Below, piece by piece: positions 52,820 to 64,000 of a stretch of 64,000 nt of DNA; within the stretch, counting starts at the first letter, position 1, and each line of letters opens with the position of its first letter. The notes beneath the pieces are model-generated. The model was not told where the DNA came from. It saw only the letters and a program-made list of their open reading frames with translations, and searched no databases. The DNA is from Phaeosaccion multiseriatum (lineage: Eukaryota; Protista; Ochrophyta, other classes). The position numbers were made by a program, and so were the translations under genes. Where the stretch lies: positions 1,798,001-1,862,000 of the forward strand of contig OZ218959.1 of NCBI GenBank assembly GCA_965112735.1. The letters are read 5' to 3'.

Positions 52820-55191
52820 TCAATATCTCTTTCGCCGCGAGAGCTTGGTGCTCCCCACTCCACCGTTACCACCCCCACCACTCCCACCTCCAACCCCCGC
52901 CCCCGCCCCCCCCCCACCACCACCACCACCACCACCGCCGCCGCCGCCTCCACCACCGCTCCCATGGCCATAGCCCAGCATGGGTCCTCCTCCCAAGCCG
53001 AGGCCGCTTGCACCCGAGCCCAGCCCGCCCAAGGAGGCAGAAAGCGAAGACGTGATCGATTGTCTGCGTGAAGCCGAGGAGACCGTGGAAGACGAGCTGC
53101 TGAGCCGACGGCAGAAGTTGCGTTGGTCACGACGTAGCGTACTCTTGGTGCTGACCCTGCTCGCTCTGCTGAGCCGGCTGTTGATGGTGCACAGGGTGTT
53201 TTGACTCGTCAGGCTGCCCGTGGAGGGTGAAGGAGCCAGAGGCATGGAAGAGGCCGAGTTTTTCCTCTCCGCTCCACCGATGCCGGTGATGCTGCCTGGT
53301 GAAGGGTAAGGGTTTTGGTTTTGTTGTGCTCGGCGGCGCTGACGAAGCTGCCGCAGTTGATACTCCTCTTCCTCTTCCTCCTCTCCTCCGAACTCCAGCT
53401 CAAGCCCATACGCGTCGCCGTCAGGGTAGAGCGGTCTTGAGAAGAAGCCCCCTTCGCTCGGGGGCACCAACATCCCCCCTCGCTCGCCCTTCTGCCCGCC
53501 GCTGCTCCTGCCCCTTCCTCCTCCTCCTCCTCCTCCTCCTCCTCCTCCTCCTCCTCCTCCTCCTTCTCCTTCTCCTCCTCCTCCCCCTCCTCCTCCTCCC
53601 CCTCCTCCTCCAGCTCCTCCTGCTGCTCCTTCTCCTCGTCCCACGCTGAGCTCACCACTCGTTCGTGGCCGTCGAGATACCCCACCCCCATACTCACTTC
53701 CATACTCACTCCCATACTCACTCCCCCCCTCCCCCCCCTGCTGTGGTCTTCGCCAAGGAAAAGGCACACTCTTTGGGCGAGGGGGGCAGCTGCGACCGCC
53801 GTTCATCGCGCCTGATTTGGTACCGTAAATTGGGTAATCAGGGCTCCCAGAGCCCCCCAAACCTCCTTGGAAGGTGTCAAGCCCTAATCCGAGAGCCACC
53901 TGCTGCTTGTACTGCCTTCTTGTCGAGCTGTCGTAGAGCACCTCTACAACAGGCAAGCAGAGGATGGGCGGTGTGTGTGTTGGGGGGGTCGGTTGAGTGA
54001 GTGGGGGGGTGAGAGATGGAGCGAGTGAGGAAGGGAGAGAAGAGGGAGAGTGGGAGGGAGGCCAAAAAAAAAGGAGGCGAGAGAGAGAGAGAAGGCAGGA
54101 CAGGCGGGTGAGGGGGGGCGCACGCACCCACAATTGCACCCAAAGACACTTGCAAGCAAGTAGCAGTCCAGTCCACACAACAAAATCTGGCAGCTCCATC
54201 CCCACCCCCCTCCCAATCCTCTCATTCAGTAGCTTACCAGGGAGCCGTGCATAGGCAGCGCTGTGGAGCGACGCGCCCGCGGACTTTGATTTTGCTGACT
54301 GCACAGACTTTTCGTCTCCTCCTCCTCCTCCTCCCGCTCCTCCTCTCCCTCCCCTCCCCCCTCCCCCCACCCCTCCCGCTGCTACGGTCTCGCGCTGCGG
54401 ACCCTCTGGGGATGAGGTGAATCGGCCCTCCAGCATTGTGGGCAGCTTCTCCGCTCGCCTCTTGGCTCCTGCAAAGGCGCGCTGGAGGGCAGCAGAGAGA
54501 CGGGTAACACACGCACGTACACACGCGCACACACACAGACAGAGAGAGAGAGGCGGAGAAAGGGAGAGAGAGAGAGAGAGAGAGAGAGGAAGAGTGATAG
54601 ATAGAGAAGAGACAAAAGAGAGAGGAAGAGAGACAGAGACAGAGATGGAGGCGGAGGGTTAGCGCTCTGGGTGAAAGGGCTCACAAAGCCAGGAGGGGGG
54701 GGGGGTGATCCATCCAAGCTTCGCCAGGAGGAGCGAGAAGCCAAAGCGAAGCGAACTAACTTACGTTTGCACTTGCGCCCCACATTTGGAAGTCCACGTT
54801 CTCTGGGTTGCTCCGTACGATTCTGCCCAGCAGCACGTCGGTGTTCCACGACACGAGGCAGTCGGCGGTGGTGGGGGAGCATACAGCCATACACAACAGA
54901 GTCGCGCTGGCCGAGATGCGGACTGCACGGACGTTGTCGTTACTGTTCACCTGCGGGTGTGGGGGTGGTTATTATAGTAGTTAGTGTAGGTGTGTGTGAA
55001 GGAGGCGGCAGGGAGAGAGAGTATGAGCAAAAAAAGATGGGTGTACCAGATGGTGCTTCGAGGCAGCGACCGCGAAGAGGAAAGCCCCTTCCTCTTGCTC
55101 GTGCATGGAGCCCAGAGAGAAGAAGCGATGACCCATTTCCCCAACAGTAGCAGTAGCAGCAGCACTAAAGAAGCAACCACTCCTGGCTGAA

Positions 55192-55222
<31 letters not shown>

Positions 55223-56128
55223 CACACACAAGTCCACGTACCCACGCACCCTCGAGGACAAGACTCGAACATGCTGCGAGTGTAGTGCCCGTCGCATGCC
55301 CCACTCACCCAACGGCCCAATCAAAGTACCCCAATAGCCTCAACGCCCTTCTCTCGTGTGTGCGTAGTCGGTCGGTCTGATTGTGTGTGTACGCACCTGC
55401 TCCACAATGCTCTGCAGTGCCCTCCATCGCGAGTAGGAGGCAATCTCCAGCGCCGCCCCGTCCCCCACGAGCAGGCAGAGGCTCTTGGTGATGCTCAGGG
55501 CCTTGCTCATGAGGCGGTGTTTGGTGGAGAAGTGCGTCAGTGCCCGTCCCACCAGCTTGCCCGCACCCGCCTATCGTCGTTGGTGTTGTTGTTGTTAGTA
55601 TAGTAGTGGTGGTAGTAGTGGTGAGTGGAATTGAACGAGAGTGGAATGGGGCAAGAGGTCGATCAGCAGTCAGGAGTTGAATGCACCAGGGGAGTGAAGG
55701 AAATACATGAACAAGGCAACTGAATTAAAATAGGCCATTAGTGAAGGAAATGACCACGTAAAATGTCCTAAGTATCACACACGACCCCGCCACACACACG
55801 CACCCCGTGTAGATTGTTGGCCACGGTACGAGCCATGGCAGGCGTGCGAGTGGTTTCCGACCTGAGTTGTCGGTCGCATAGCAACATGTTAGGAAGGTGC
55901 AGCGGCGGGTTAGTGGTACAGCTTGCAGAAGTTCATACAATGACAAGGAGGCGATCATGACAAGCGCAGCGGCACCATCAGCAGCAGCAGCAGCAGCACG
56001 CAGCGGTTGATGATGATATATAGCGGCAAGTCCTCCTACCATTCTGTACGATAGGCGAAAAGCTTTGCGGTGTGTGCCCCACCGGCACGCCGCTTGTGTA
56101 CATGTGTATGCCCCACCCCCAACCCCCA

Positions 56129-56183
<55 letters not shown>

Positions 56184-56560
56184 GGCACACCATTCCACCT
56201 GCACAGAGCCGGGCAAGTAACCTCACTTCCATCCTCCTCCTCCCCCCCTCACCTCAGAGCGCTGGTCAAGAGGTAAAACGAGGCTGCGTGGAGCTCCTCT
56301 TCATAGGGGTGTGCCACGAGCGCTCGCAAGGACACCTGGCACAAGTGAAGCACCTCGCCCTCGACAACGTCATCGCTGAGGGCAAGGCCCACCTTCCACC
56401 AGCCATCGCAGGCTGTGACCGAGCGCTGCTGCTGTCGCTGCCGCTGTCTCTTATCCTCCTCGTCCCCCCTGCCCCCCTCGCCTAGCACATGGTCCTCGGG
56501 TCTCCCTTGGTGGCCCCGATGTTGGTGGGGGGAACGCCTTGATACTGACGAGGACGATGA

Positions 56561-56600
<40 letters not shown>

Positions 56601-57430
56601 CCGGATGAGTATATGGACGGGGACGTGCCAATGCCATCACCAATGCCATCACTGTGGTGATGGCCAGAGGCGAGGGAAACGCTTCCCTCGCTGCTGCGGC
56701 TCAGTCTCTGGCGCTGCTTCATCAGGGGCACCATTGTAGCCAAGGTTGCCGCGAGAAGCTGGGCTGATGCCCGCCTCTTTCGCTTCTTCCCCCCCCCTCT
56801 CTTGGAATCTTGTTCCAAGCCTTTCTGCGCCTGCTGCCGCACCAGCTGCTGCTCCTGCTCCTGCTGCTGCAGTAGAACACTAACCTCCACCACGCGAGCC
56901 AGCAGGTCCAGTGCCCCGCCCGAGAGAAGGCGACTGAGTGGGCCGTCTTGAAGGAATGCCGAGGATAGGAAACGCAACACCACCTGAGTGAGCCGTCCCA
57001 CGCCCTCGTCGTCGAGCCAACAAGTCGCTTCTATGGGCCGACTGCCACTGCCGCCACTCCTACCACTCCCATTCAACCCGCTTCCCCCTTTCCGCCGAGG
57101 GGGCGTTGGCGCTAGCTGTTGTAGTGCACTCTGCAGGTCATGCAGGGCGTCGTGTGCTCGCTGCTCATCACCCGGGGACAGGCGGTTCACCTCGAGCTCG
57201 TCCACGTCCGATCCATCGTCGCCAGTGTTTCCCTGCTTCTCCTCCCCCCTCCTCCTTCCCGCCCCTCCCCTTAGCTCGCTCTCTGGATCCTCGGCACTCC
57301 CACGGCTAGAGGGTGCAGTTTTCTTCTTGGTTTTATTCACCTCCTGCTCCTCCTCCTCCTCCTCCCCCCCCCCGCCCCCCCGACCGCGCCCTGCTCTCCC
57401 ATCGTGTTGATCCTCCTCTTTATCCGTCAT
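52820..57430 (-). CDS. Hypothetical protein with helical (possibly ARM/HEAT-like) core and disordered Gly/Ser-rich ends
   Basis: Exons appear to splice in frame: ...FYLLTSALR|SETTRTPAMARTVANNLHG|AGAGKLVGRALTHF...SIVEQ|VNSNDNVRAVRISASATLLCMAV... The long terminal ORF ends at 52820. No family recognised with confidence. Confidence 0.6.
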
Positions 57431-57589
57431 TCCCCTCTCCTCTCTCCTTCTTCTCTCTATAAGACAGCCTCTGAAGCCTGAAAAAAGCTTACGATCATTG
57501 CCCCAGCCCTAAGCAAACTACTTATGCCGAATCCGCCTGATCCCTCAATTGATGGAAAAGGAAAAGAGAAGAGAGAAAAGAAAAACAAA

Positions 57590-58572
57590 ATGAGAAGAAT
57601 TGGCAGCTTCGTAGTCCTCCTTTCTTTGGCAGCAGTGGCATCTGGATTCTGTCCTCCCTCTTCGAGCATCTCTCAACGGAGAAATACAGCTGCTGCACGG
57701 AGACCCGCCGCCGCACTGTCAGACACAACCTCAACCCAATCTCCAAAACACAAACTCTCAGACGAGCCTTTTAAGCAGTATGAATCCACTTCAGATGGGG
57801 TCAAAGGCCTTGTTGGAGGTGCGTGTTGAGAGCATGCTTGCAGAGGCAGTGAGCTGAGCAGGCCAATGGTATGCTCCTGTCCTCCTTCTCATCGCCCCCT
57901 CTCTCTACTCCTTCTCTTCTTCTCCCTGCTTCCCATCTACCGCAGGGCTGACTGCACTCTTTAACATCGGTGGAGTAGCCGCCGCTACTAAGCCAACGAC
58001 GGTGACAGCAGGGCCGACGCTGGAGCTTGAAAGGGTGGTGAAGGACATCGAAGGTGGGTTGCTTGTGACGTTGTTTCCTTTCCACCCCCCTTCTTCTCTG
58101 GCTTTGATTACTCACGCCCTCTACCAACCCCCCCAATCCCCCCCCCCCTCCTCCTCCTCCTCCTCCTCCTCCTCCTCCTCCTCCTCCTCCTCCTCCTCCT
58201 CCTCCTCCTCCTCTGGCTTGTTTGCTGGTCCCCTCGCCCCCCCTCCTGTTTGTTTGCACACCACCTTCTCCCCCTCCTCCACCTCTCTGATTTTGCTCCC
58301 CCCCCCCCTTAACATCACCCCGCCCTTCCCTCTCTCTCGCTCTCTCCTGCCTGGGGCCAACACCCACAGACGACTATGTCGTGAACAACTACCTTGTGAG
58401 TGGAGAAGGGAGGCACCGAAAGGTTTCAATCGACCGTAATACCTCTGGCCTATAGCGAAGTTCAGGCGAAGGCACACGCGTCCGATTCCCCCCCCTGTGG
58501 CTGCTGCTTGCTGCTGGTGTTGTTGTTGTTGTTGTTGTTGTTCTTGTTGTTGGTGTCGTCGTCGTTGTGTTC

Positions 58573-58616
<44 letters not shown>

Positions 58617-59751
58617 GACTCTCGCCTTTGTCTCCCCTCCATTGCGCGTGTGTGTACGTGTGTGTGGGTGCGTGTGTACTCATGGAATCGATGGACGCGT
58701 CCGGCTGCAGTGGACGGGCAAGATCTCGGAGGAGATCTTTGATGAAGAGTGCGTATTCACAGACCCCACGCTTTCTTTCCAGGGCCTCTCCACCTACAAG
58801 AAGAACATTAAGAACCTGCAGGTGGGTCCGAGGGAGGGAGGCAGGCAGGCTTGTGGGGAAAGAGCGACGGGTGGGTTGGGGGGGGGGGGGGGCTGGCAAT
58901 GGACGGAATGGGAGGGGATGGAGAATGCTCGCTGCTGCTGTGCTGCTCCTACGGACATCCAGTCCAAGAAGAATGCTTCTGTTTCTGTTTCTTTGTTCGA
59001 GACCATCGTAGTAACCGAAACTCCCTTCCTTCCTTCCTTCGTTCGTTTTTTCGTGCACTCCCTCCCAGTGGCTCGTACCACGCTTCATGAAGGAGGCAAA
59101 CTCGGAGTTGTACGCCATTGAGTTTGATCAAGAGGTTAGTCATGGGGGGCGGGAGGGAGAGTGAGAGAGAGATACACAGAGACAAAGAGAAGGAAGACAA
59201 GGAGGAAGCGAGGAAGAGTAGTGTGTGTGCCCATGGCTTTTGAAAAGCTCTGACCGAAGCAGGTCATGTCCTCCCCCTCCCTATAGCTTGGGATTGAAAG
59301 CCGAATCATGTGACCACCAAACCCACCTGTTTGCTCCCTCCCTCCCTCCCTCCCTCCCAACTAACTTAAACTAAAACTGTGCTACACACTGTGCGTGCAG
59401 ACGTCCCGCGTGTACACCCGGTGGCGCATGTATGGCGGTTTGAAGCTGCCTTGGCAACCCAGAATAGATGTCATAGGCCGCACCCGGTGAGTACAGTGAG
59501 TAGTATATACAAGAAGTGGAGGTGGGTAGGACGCAGGAAGTAGTATCTCACTTAGTCATTCACTCACGCCCACCATGGCCCACCCTGGCCCACCCACGTG
59601 CCGTCATCCCCCTACTTAACCTTCCTACAGCTTCACTCTCTCTGCCGAGAGGGGCAACCGGGTGGTTGCGTACGACGAGATTTGGGAAATGGAGGCCGCC
59701 GATGCCCTCCTGCAGATCATCACACCCGCGGGGGGGCAAGAGGACAAGTGA
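57590..59751 (+). CDS. Plastid-targeted DUF2358 / SnoaL(NTF2)-like protein
   Basis: Bipartite presequence MRRIGSFVVLLSLAAVASG|FCPPSSS with a Ser/Arg-rich transit region. Core DY..NYLWTGKISEEIFDEECVFTDPTLSFQGLSTYKKN...TRWRM...LKLPWQPRIDVIGRT.F.....RVVAYDEIW. Confidence 0.85.
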
Positions 59752-61057
59752 ACTCGGAGGGGGAAGCGGGGGAGGAAGGGAGGGCCTTGATTCGTCCTTC
59801 CTGCCCTCCCCCACCCCCCCCGCCCCTCTGACCCTCTCGAGGGTTGCTGTGTTGCAACATACGGCGGTCCGGCCAACGACGTTGGCCTGGGCTGACTGGT
59901 CGGAGTTTGGCAATCAAGACGCGCTATGATCGATGGACCAACACAACGGCATGCAACTGTTATTGTGGTGTAGCTGTTGTCGTGGTGGTCCTTTGTGGTG
60001 ATTGTGGGCGGACCGAAGAGAAAGAGCCCAGCGAGGACGCCCGCCCGGTCTCATGCGCAGCACGACGCGGCGCAGCGGCGGGTTTTTAACCCCCCCCCCC
60101 CCCCCGAGCCGCTCCCATCCCGGGACGGGCTACGCTCTTCGAGGCGTACGGGCCGGAGACGTAGGCAGCTAGAGCGGAGCGCCAAAATAGAAACGGCCCC
60201 TCTCTTCCTGGGCTTAGTATTCTCAGGTACAATTGATCGGATACGGACGGATGGATACGGGACTGGGGTCGCTGTCTGTTTTGGCAAGTTGAACCTTGGC
60301 GTCCACACTCCCACTCCTCCACTCCGTAGGCCGCTGATACTCATAGAATATTCCCCTCTCCATCCACCCACGCAACTCCTCTACTCTCTCCACGTACAGT
60401 ACGTTCGTTGTAAGTAAAAAAAAAAAAGAGAAGGGGGGAGCGCCACGTGTCATGGGAAAAATGAAAAATGTCCATGGTTTCGATTCCCATTGGCGGGTAT
60501 TTTTTTCGCCCTTTTTAGTTCTGGTTTTGAGCTCACTTTTCGTCTTCGCCTCTGCCTCACAACTCAAATGCCCTCCCACTAATAAGAAGAGGGACGTCCT
60601 CCGCGGGGCTTTCTCCACCCTTTCGGACATCGTCTAGAGACGTGATCCAAGGCACTATGACGGCGCGTTGAGGCCCCCCCTGCCTCGCCCATGTGAGTCA
60701 GAAATGGCCGCTCCGCAATTACCAGTGCATGCAGTAGATGGCACTGGATTGAGCGGAAGGTAGACCTTTCCAACTGTCGCTCTTCTCCCTCGCCTTGGTT
60801 CTTGGATATAAACCTGGGACTGAAGGGCGGAGGGCATCTCTTGCTGCTGTAGAGGCTGGTTCGCGAAAGTCGCACACCCCCTGCTTAACAAAGCGTCTTT
60901 TCCGCCGCCCCTCCACTCTTTCCCTTCCCGCCTTATTTTATTTCTGCTTCTCTGTCACAGAGTGGACCGTGTGCGAGCCGTGGGGGTGTGGGGCCTCCTC
61001 CAACAACAAGCGATAGTAGCAACACAAGTAGGAGGAGCGGGAGAGGGGGGGGGGAGC

Positions 61058-63655
61058 ATGGTGGGCATGGACGAAGGTGTGAACACGGGAACGGGGGGGG
61101 GCGGGATGATCAAGCAGGCGCACCAGCAGCACCAGCACCAGCAGCACCAGCACCAGCACCACCAGTGGAGGGACGAAGAGCAAGAGGACCAGTATTCGAA
61201 GCGCAAATGGGGGGGCGTGCCCCGTTCTGGCCCCGCAGTGGAGAAAGTATCGGAGGCAGGGCCCGGAGACGGGGCGGGAGGAGGCTGCGCTGGCGACGAG
61301 AGCGAGGAGGGCCCGCTCCCGCTGGCTAAGGCGGCAGATGCAAGCAGCAGCGGGGGTGCAGGCCATGAACGAGCGGGTGGGGAGATGAAGAGACGACGTC
61401 ACTTGATGTCTGTGTCCCCCACTGGCTCAGACAGCGAGTCGTACACGTCGCAGGACAATGAAGAGGAAGATGACGAGGACGCTGAGGATCGTGGCGCCAA
61501 CCACGCGCGGCGACACGGGAGGGGGGGGCAAGACGAGGAGGACGACGAAGACGACTCCTCGGAGGTGGCGGAAGATTCTGACGACGACGATGCCAACCTG
61601 CACGAGGCGGTGCACAATTGGGCAGTGCAGCAGCGTGCCAACGGGGCGAGGCCCATTAAGCTGCTTCGCCTAATCTCCGCCGAGCTCGGCGTGGAGCCGC
61701 CCCTCCATCTCCTATCGCGTCGAAGAAGTTCTGCTGCGATGGATGCTGCTGCTGCTGGCATTGGCGCCAGGGGCGCAGGAGGAGGAGGGGGGGGGAGAGA
61801 GAGCGAGGGAGAGGACGAAAAGGAGGAGGAGGAGGAGAAGAAGGAGGACGAGTACGATGATGACGCGTACCTCGATGACTGTAACGAAGAGGCGGGCGCG
61901 TTTACGGAGGCGCAGGCGCAGGCGTGGGCGCTGGTGAAGCGGCTCATGAGTGTGCTCCAGCGCCACCGAAAGGGGAGACCCAGGCGTCTGCCCCGGCGCA
62001 AGCTGGACTCTGTCAATACGCTCGACGATGTGGTGCATCTCATCCGCCACTCCCAAAAGGTGATTGTGCTGACCGGCGCCGGATTGAGTGTGTCATGCGG
62101 CATTCCTGACTTCCGATCGGAGAATGGCATTTACAGCATGCTGGGCGAGTACAACCTGCCTTCCCCGCAGGCCATGTTCGACATTCGCTTCTTCTCGGAG
62201 GACCCCAAGCCCTTTTTCAAGTTTTGTCAGAGCCTCCTGCCCGGCTCCTACCAGCCCTCCTCGTCACACCGCTTCCTCAAGCTGCTGGACGCGCAGGGAA
62301 AGCTGCTGCGCAACTACTCGCAGAACATTGACGGGCTCGAGAAGCAGGCGGGCGTGACGGCCAACAGGGTGCACCAGTGCCACGGACACTTTGACACGGC
62401 CACATGCCAGTACTGCAAGAGGGGGGGCGTGCGCCTGGAGCGGTTCCGGCACGACATTGTCCAGCAGCGCATTCCCATGTGCGACGCGTGTGGCCACCCC
62501 GAAGGCATTCTCAAGCCGGACATTGTCTTCTTCGGGGAGGCGCTGGGAGGGCACTTTTCCAACCTGCTCCAGGACGATTTGCCACAGGTTGACTTGGTGC
62601 TAGTCATTGGGACCAGTTTGCAGGTGGCGCCCGTGAATCAGATTGTGGGGCTGGTCAAGCCCGACGTGCCTCAAGTCCTCATCAATAGGGAAGTGGTGGG
62701 GCAGCCACACAGCTTCGATGTTGAGCTCCTCGGCGATTGCGATGCCGTGGTGGAGGAGCTGTGCCGCCGCCTAGGGTCGGAGTGGACTGAAGGGCTGGGG
62801 GTGGGATCCTCCCCTTCGGTGGGTGGGGGAACAAAGGCGGCTGTAGATGGAGCAGCAGCAGCAGCAGCAGCAGACAAATCCATGTCATCCTCTACCACCC
62901 CGTCGCCTCGGTCCCCGTTGGCAAGGCCTCCTTCGCCCTCGCATTCCATCGACGAAGACGGCAAGAAGCGCAGTGGGGAGGAGGAGGAGGAACAAGGCCC
63001 CGCAGTGGCCGTGGAGGAAGAGGTCTATCACGGTCGTGACAGGGATGGCAGCCACCCCTCCCACGACGACGACGATGATGATGATGACGGAGAACGGCCC
63101 ACCTTGTCACCGGCCTCGTTGGCCTTGCGAGGCGACGGCGCTGCTGCTCGCGCCTGTCCCGCCGTGCCTTGCATTGGAAGAGAGAAGAAGCCATCTCCCA
63201 CTTCTGTGGCGACCGATGCGCCCACCTCCCCCGTGTTTGAGCATGTCGCCACGGGGAGGTATCTCTTTCGAAACGGCAAGATACCGGGGCCGCTCTCCGA
63301 CTCGGACGACTCGGAGGAATCCGACGACGGGGGAGGCGGAGGCAAGTACCCACGCGAAGACCGCGACGAGGATGAGGAGGAGCTCGACCGGCAGAACAGC
63401 GACGCGAAGGAGGAGCAGGAGAAGCGCGGGGAGCGCTACTCGCTCCCCTCGCAGGACGGCAATAGAGGCGAGGATGGAGGCAGAGGCGTTAAGAATGGAA
63501 GCGACGCTGCGAGCAGCAGCGGTGGCGTTCCTTCTTCAAAGGCTGTGCAGGCTACGGCCCGGACCTCCAGTCCCGGCAGCAGCGGCAGTAGCAGCAGCAG
63601 GAGTAGCAGCAGCAGTAGCACCACCAGTGCGATGATCAGCCCCCCGCAGCCTTGA
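61058..63655 (+). CDS. SIR2: Class I sirtuin (Sir2/SIRT1-like NAD+-dependent deacetylase), intronless
   Basis: VLTGAGLSVSCGIPDFRS, QNIDGLE, QCHG + CxxC...CxxC zinc site, KPDIVFFGE, IGTSLQVAPV, INRE and LLGDCD. Acidic disordered termini. Confidence 0.95.
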   Translation: MVGMDEGVNTGTGGGGMIKQAHQQHQHQQHQHQHHQWRDEEQEDQYSKRKWGGVPRSGPAVEKVSEAGPGDGAGGGCAGDESEEGPLPLAKAADASSSGGAGHERAGGEMKRRRHLMSVSPTGSDSESYTSQDNEEEDDEDAEDRGANHARRHGRGGQDEEDDEDDSSEVAEDSDDDDANLHEAVHNWAVQQRANGARPIKLLRLISAELGVEPPLHLLSRRRSSAAMDAAAAGIGARGAGGGGGGRESEGEDEKEEEEEKKEDEYDDDAYLDDCNEEAGAFTEAQAQAWALVKRLMSVLQRHRKGRPRRLPRRKLDSVNTLDDVVHLIRHSQKVIVLTGAGLSVSCGIPDFRSENGIYSMLGEYNLPSPQAMFDIRFFSEDPKPFFKFCQSLLPGSYQPSSSHRFLKLLDAQGKLLRNYSQNIDGLEKQAGVTANRVHQCHGHFDTATCQYCKRGGVRLERFRHDIVQQRIPMCDACGHPEGILKPDIVFFGEALGGHFSNLLQDDLPQVDLVLVIGTSLQVAPVNQIVGLVKPDVPQVLINREVVGQPHSFDVELLGDCDAVVEELCRRLGSEWTEGLGVGSSPSVGGGTKAAVDGAAAAAAADKSMSSSTTPSPRSPLARPPSPSHSIDEDGKKRSGEEEEEQGPAVAVEEEVYHGRDRDGSHPSHDDDDDDDDGERPTLSPASLALRGDGAAARACPAVPCIGREKKPSPTSVATDAPTSPVFEHVATGRYLFRNGKIPGPLSDSDDSEESDDGGGGGKYPREDRDEDEEELDRQNSDAKEEQEKRGERYSLPSQDGNRGEDGGRGVKNGSDAASSSGGVPSSKAVQATARTSSPGSSGSSSSRSSSSSSTTSAMISPPQP

Positions 63656-64000
63656 TGCATGTGTGTTTGCCCACCCCACGCTGGGTGCGTGTGGGTCAGG
63701 GCGGGGGAAAGCAGGCGCAGCGGCGGCGCCGCAGAATGGCAGCAGCAGCGGGCAGGGTGGGGTTTTTGGTGGTACATGCAGACCTCATCTTCCTGCGCAT
63801 TATGTACTTTGAAGGGCGGGGGGGGGGGGTTGTGGGTGTATTTGGGATATTTGGGAGTACTTTTAGCTTGTGGTGGGAACGATAGAGGCGTGTGTATGGG
63901 GGAAAGAACAGAAGCCTTGGCAGAAAATAAATAGCCTTTCTCCTAGTAGCAGAGCTTTTGGAGAGAATTAATGATACTCTCTTCATATATATTTTTTTTC

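Overview
Eukaryotic, intron-rich genomic DNA with GT-AG introns full of (CA)n, (GA)n and (GGGA)n microsatellites. It is probably from an alga with a secondary red plastid (ochrophyte-like), since one gene has a signal peptide plus an ASAFAP-like ASG|FCP motif. The standout is a giant minus-strand gene (14547 to <1; hand-spliced to about 2,125 aa inside the window and continuing off the left edge). It encodes signal peptide - catalytically degenerate animal-heme-peroxidase domain - seven tandem Met/His DOMON domains - 5-TM cytochrome b561 with all four His - start of a cytochrome b5 domain. This looks like a single-polypeptide trans-membrane multi-heme electron conduit whose DOMON array has expanded recently. 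Upstream lies an accessory region with an orphan Gly/Ala-rich gene and an intron-containing copy of the giant gene's 5' exons between about 220-bp direct repeats. The rest of the window holds presenilin, TMCO1, an AP2-PHD-PWWP-like chromatin protein, TRM7/FTSJ1, a CaaX orphan, a plant-type core alpha-1,3-fucosyltransferase, a bZIP factor, a type II membrane sulfotransferase, a hypothetical helical protein, a plastid DUF2358-like protein and an intronless class I sirtuin. All exon boundaries and family calls were made by eye; no database searches were run.
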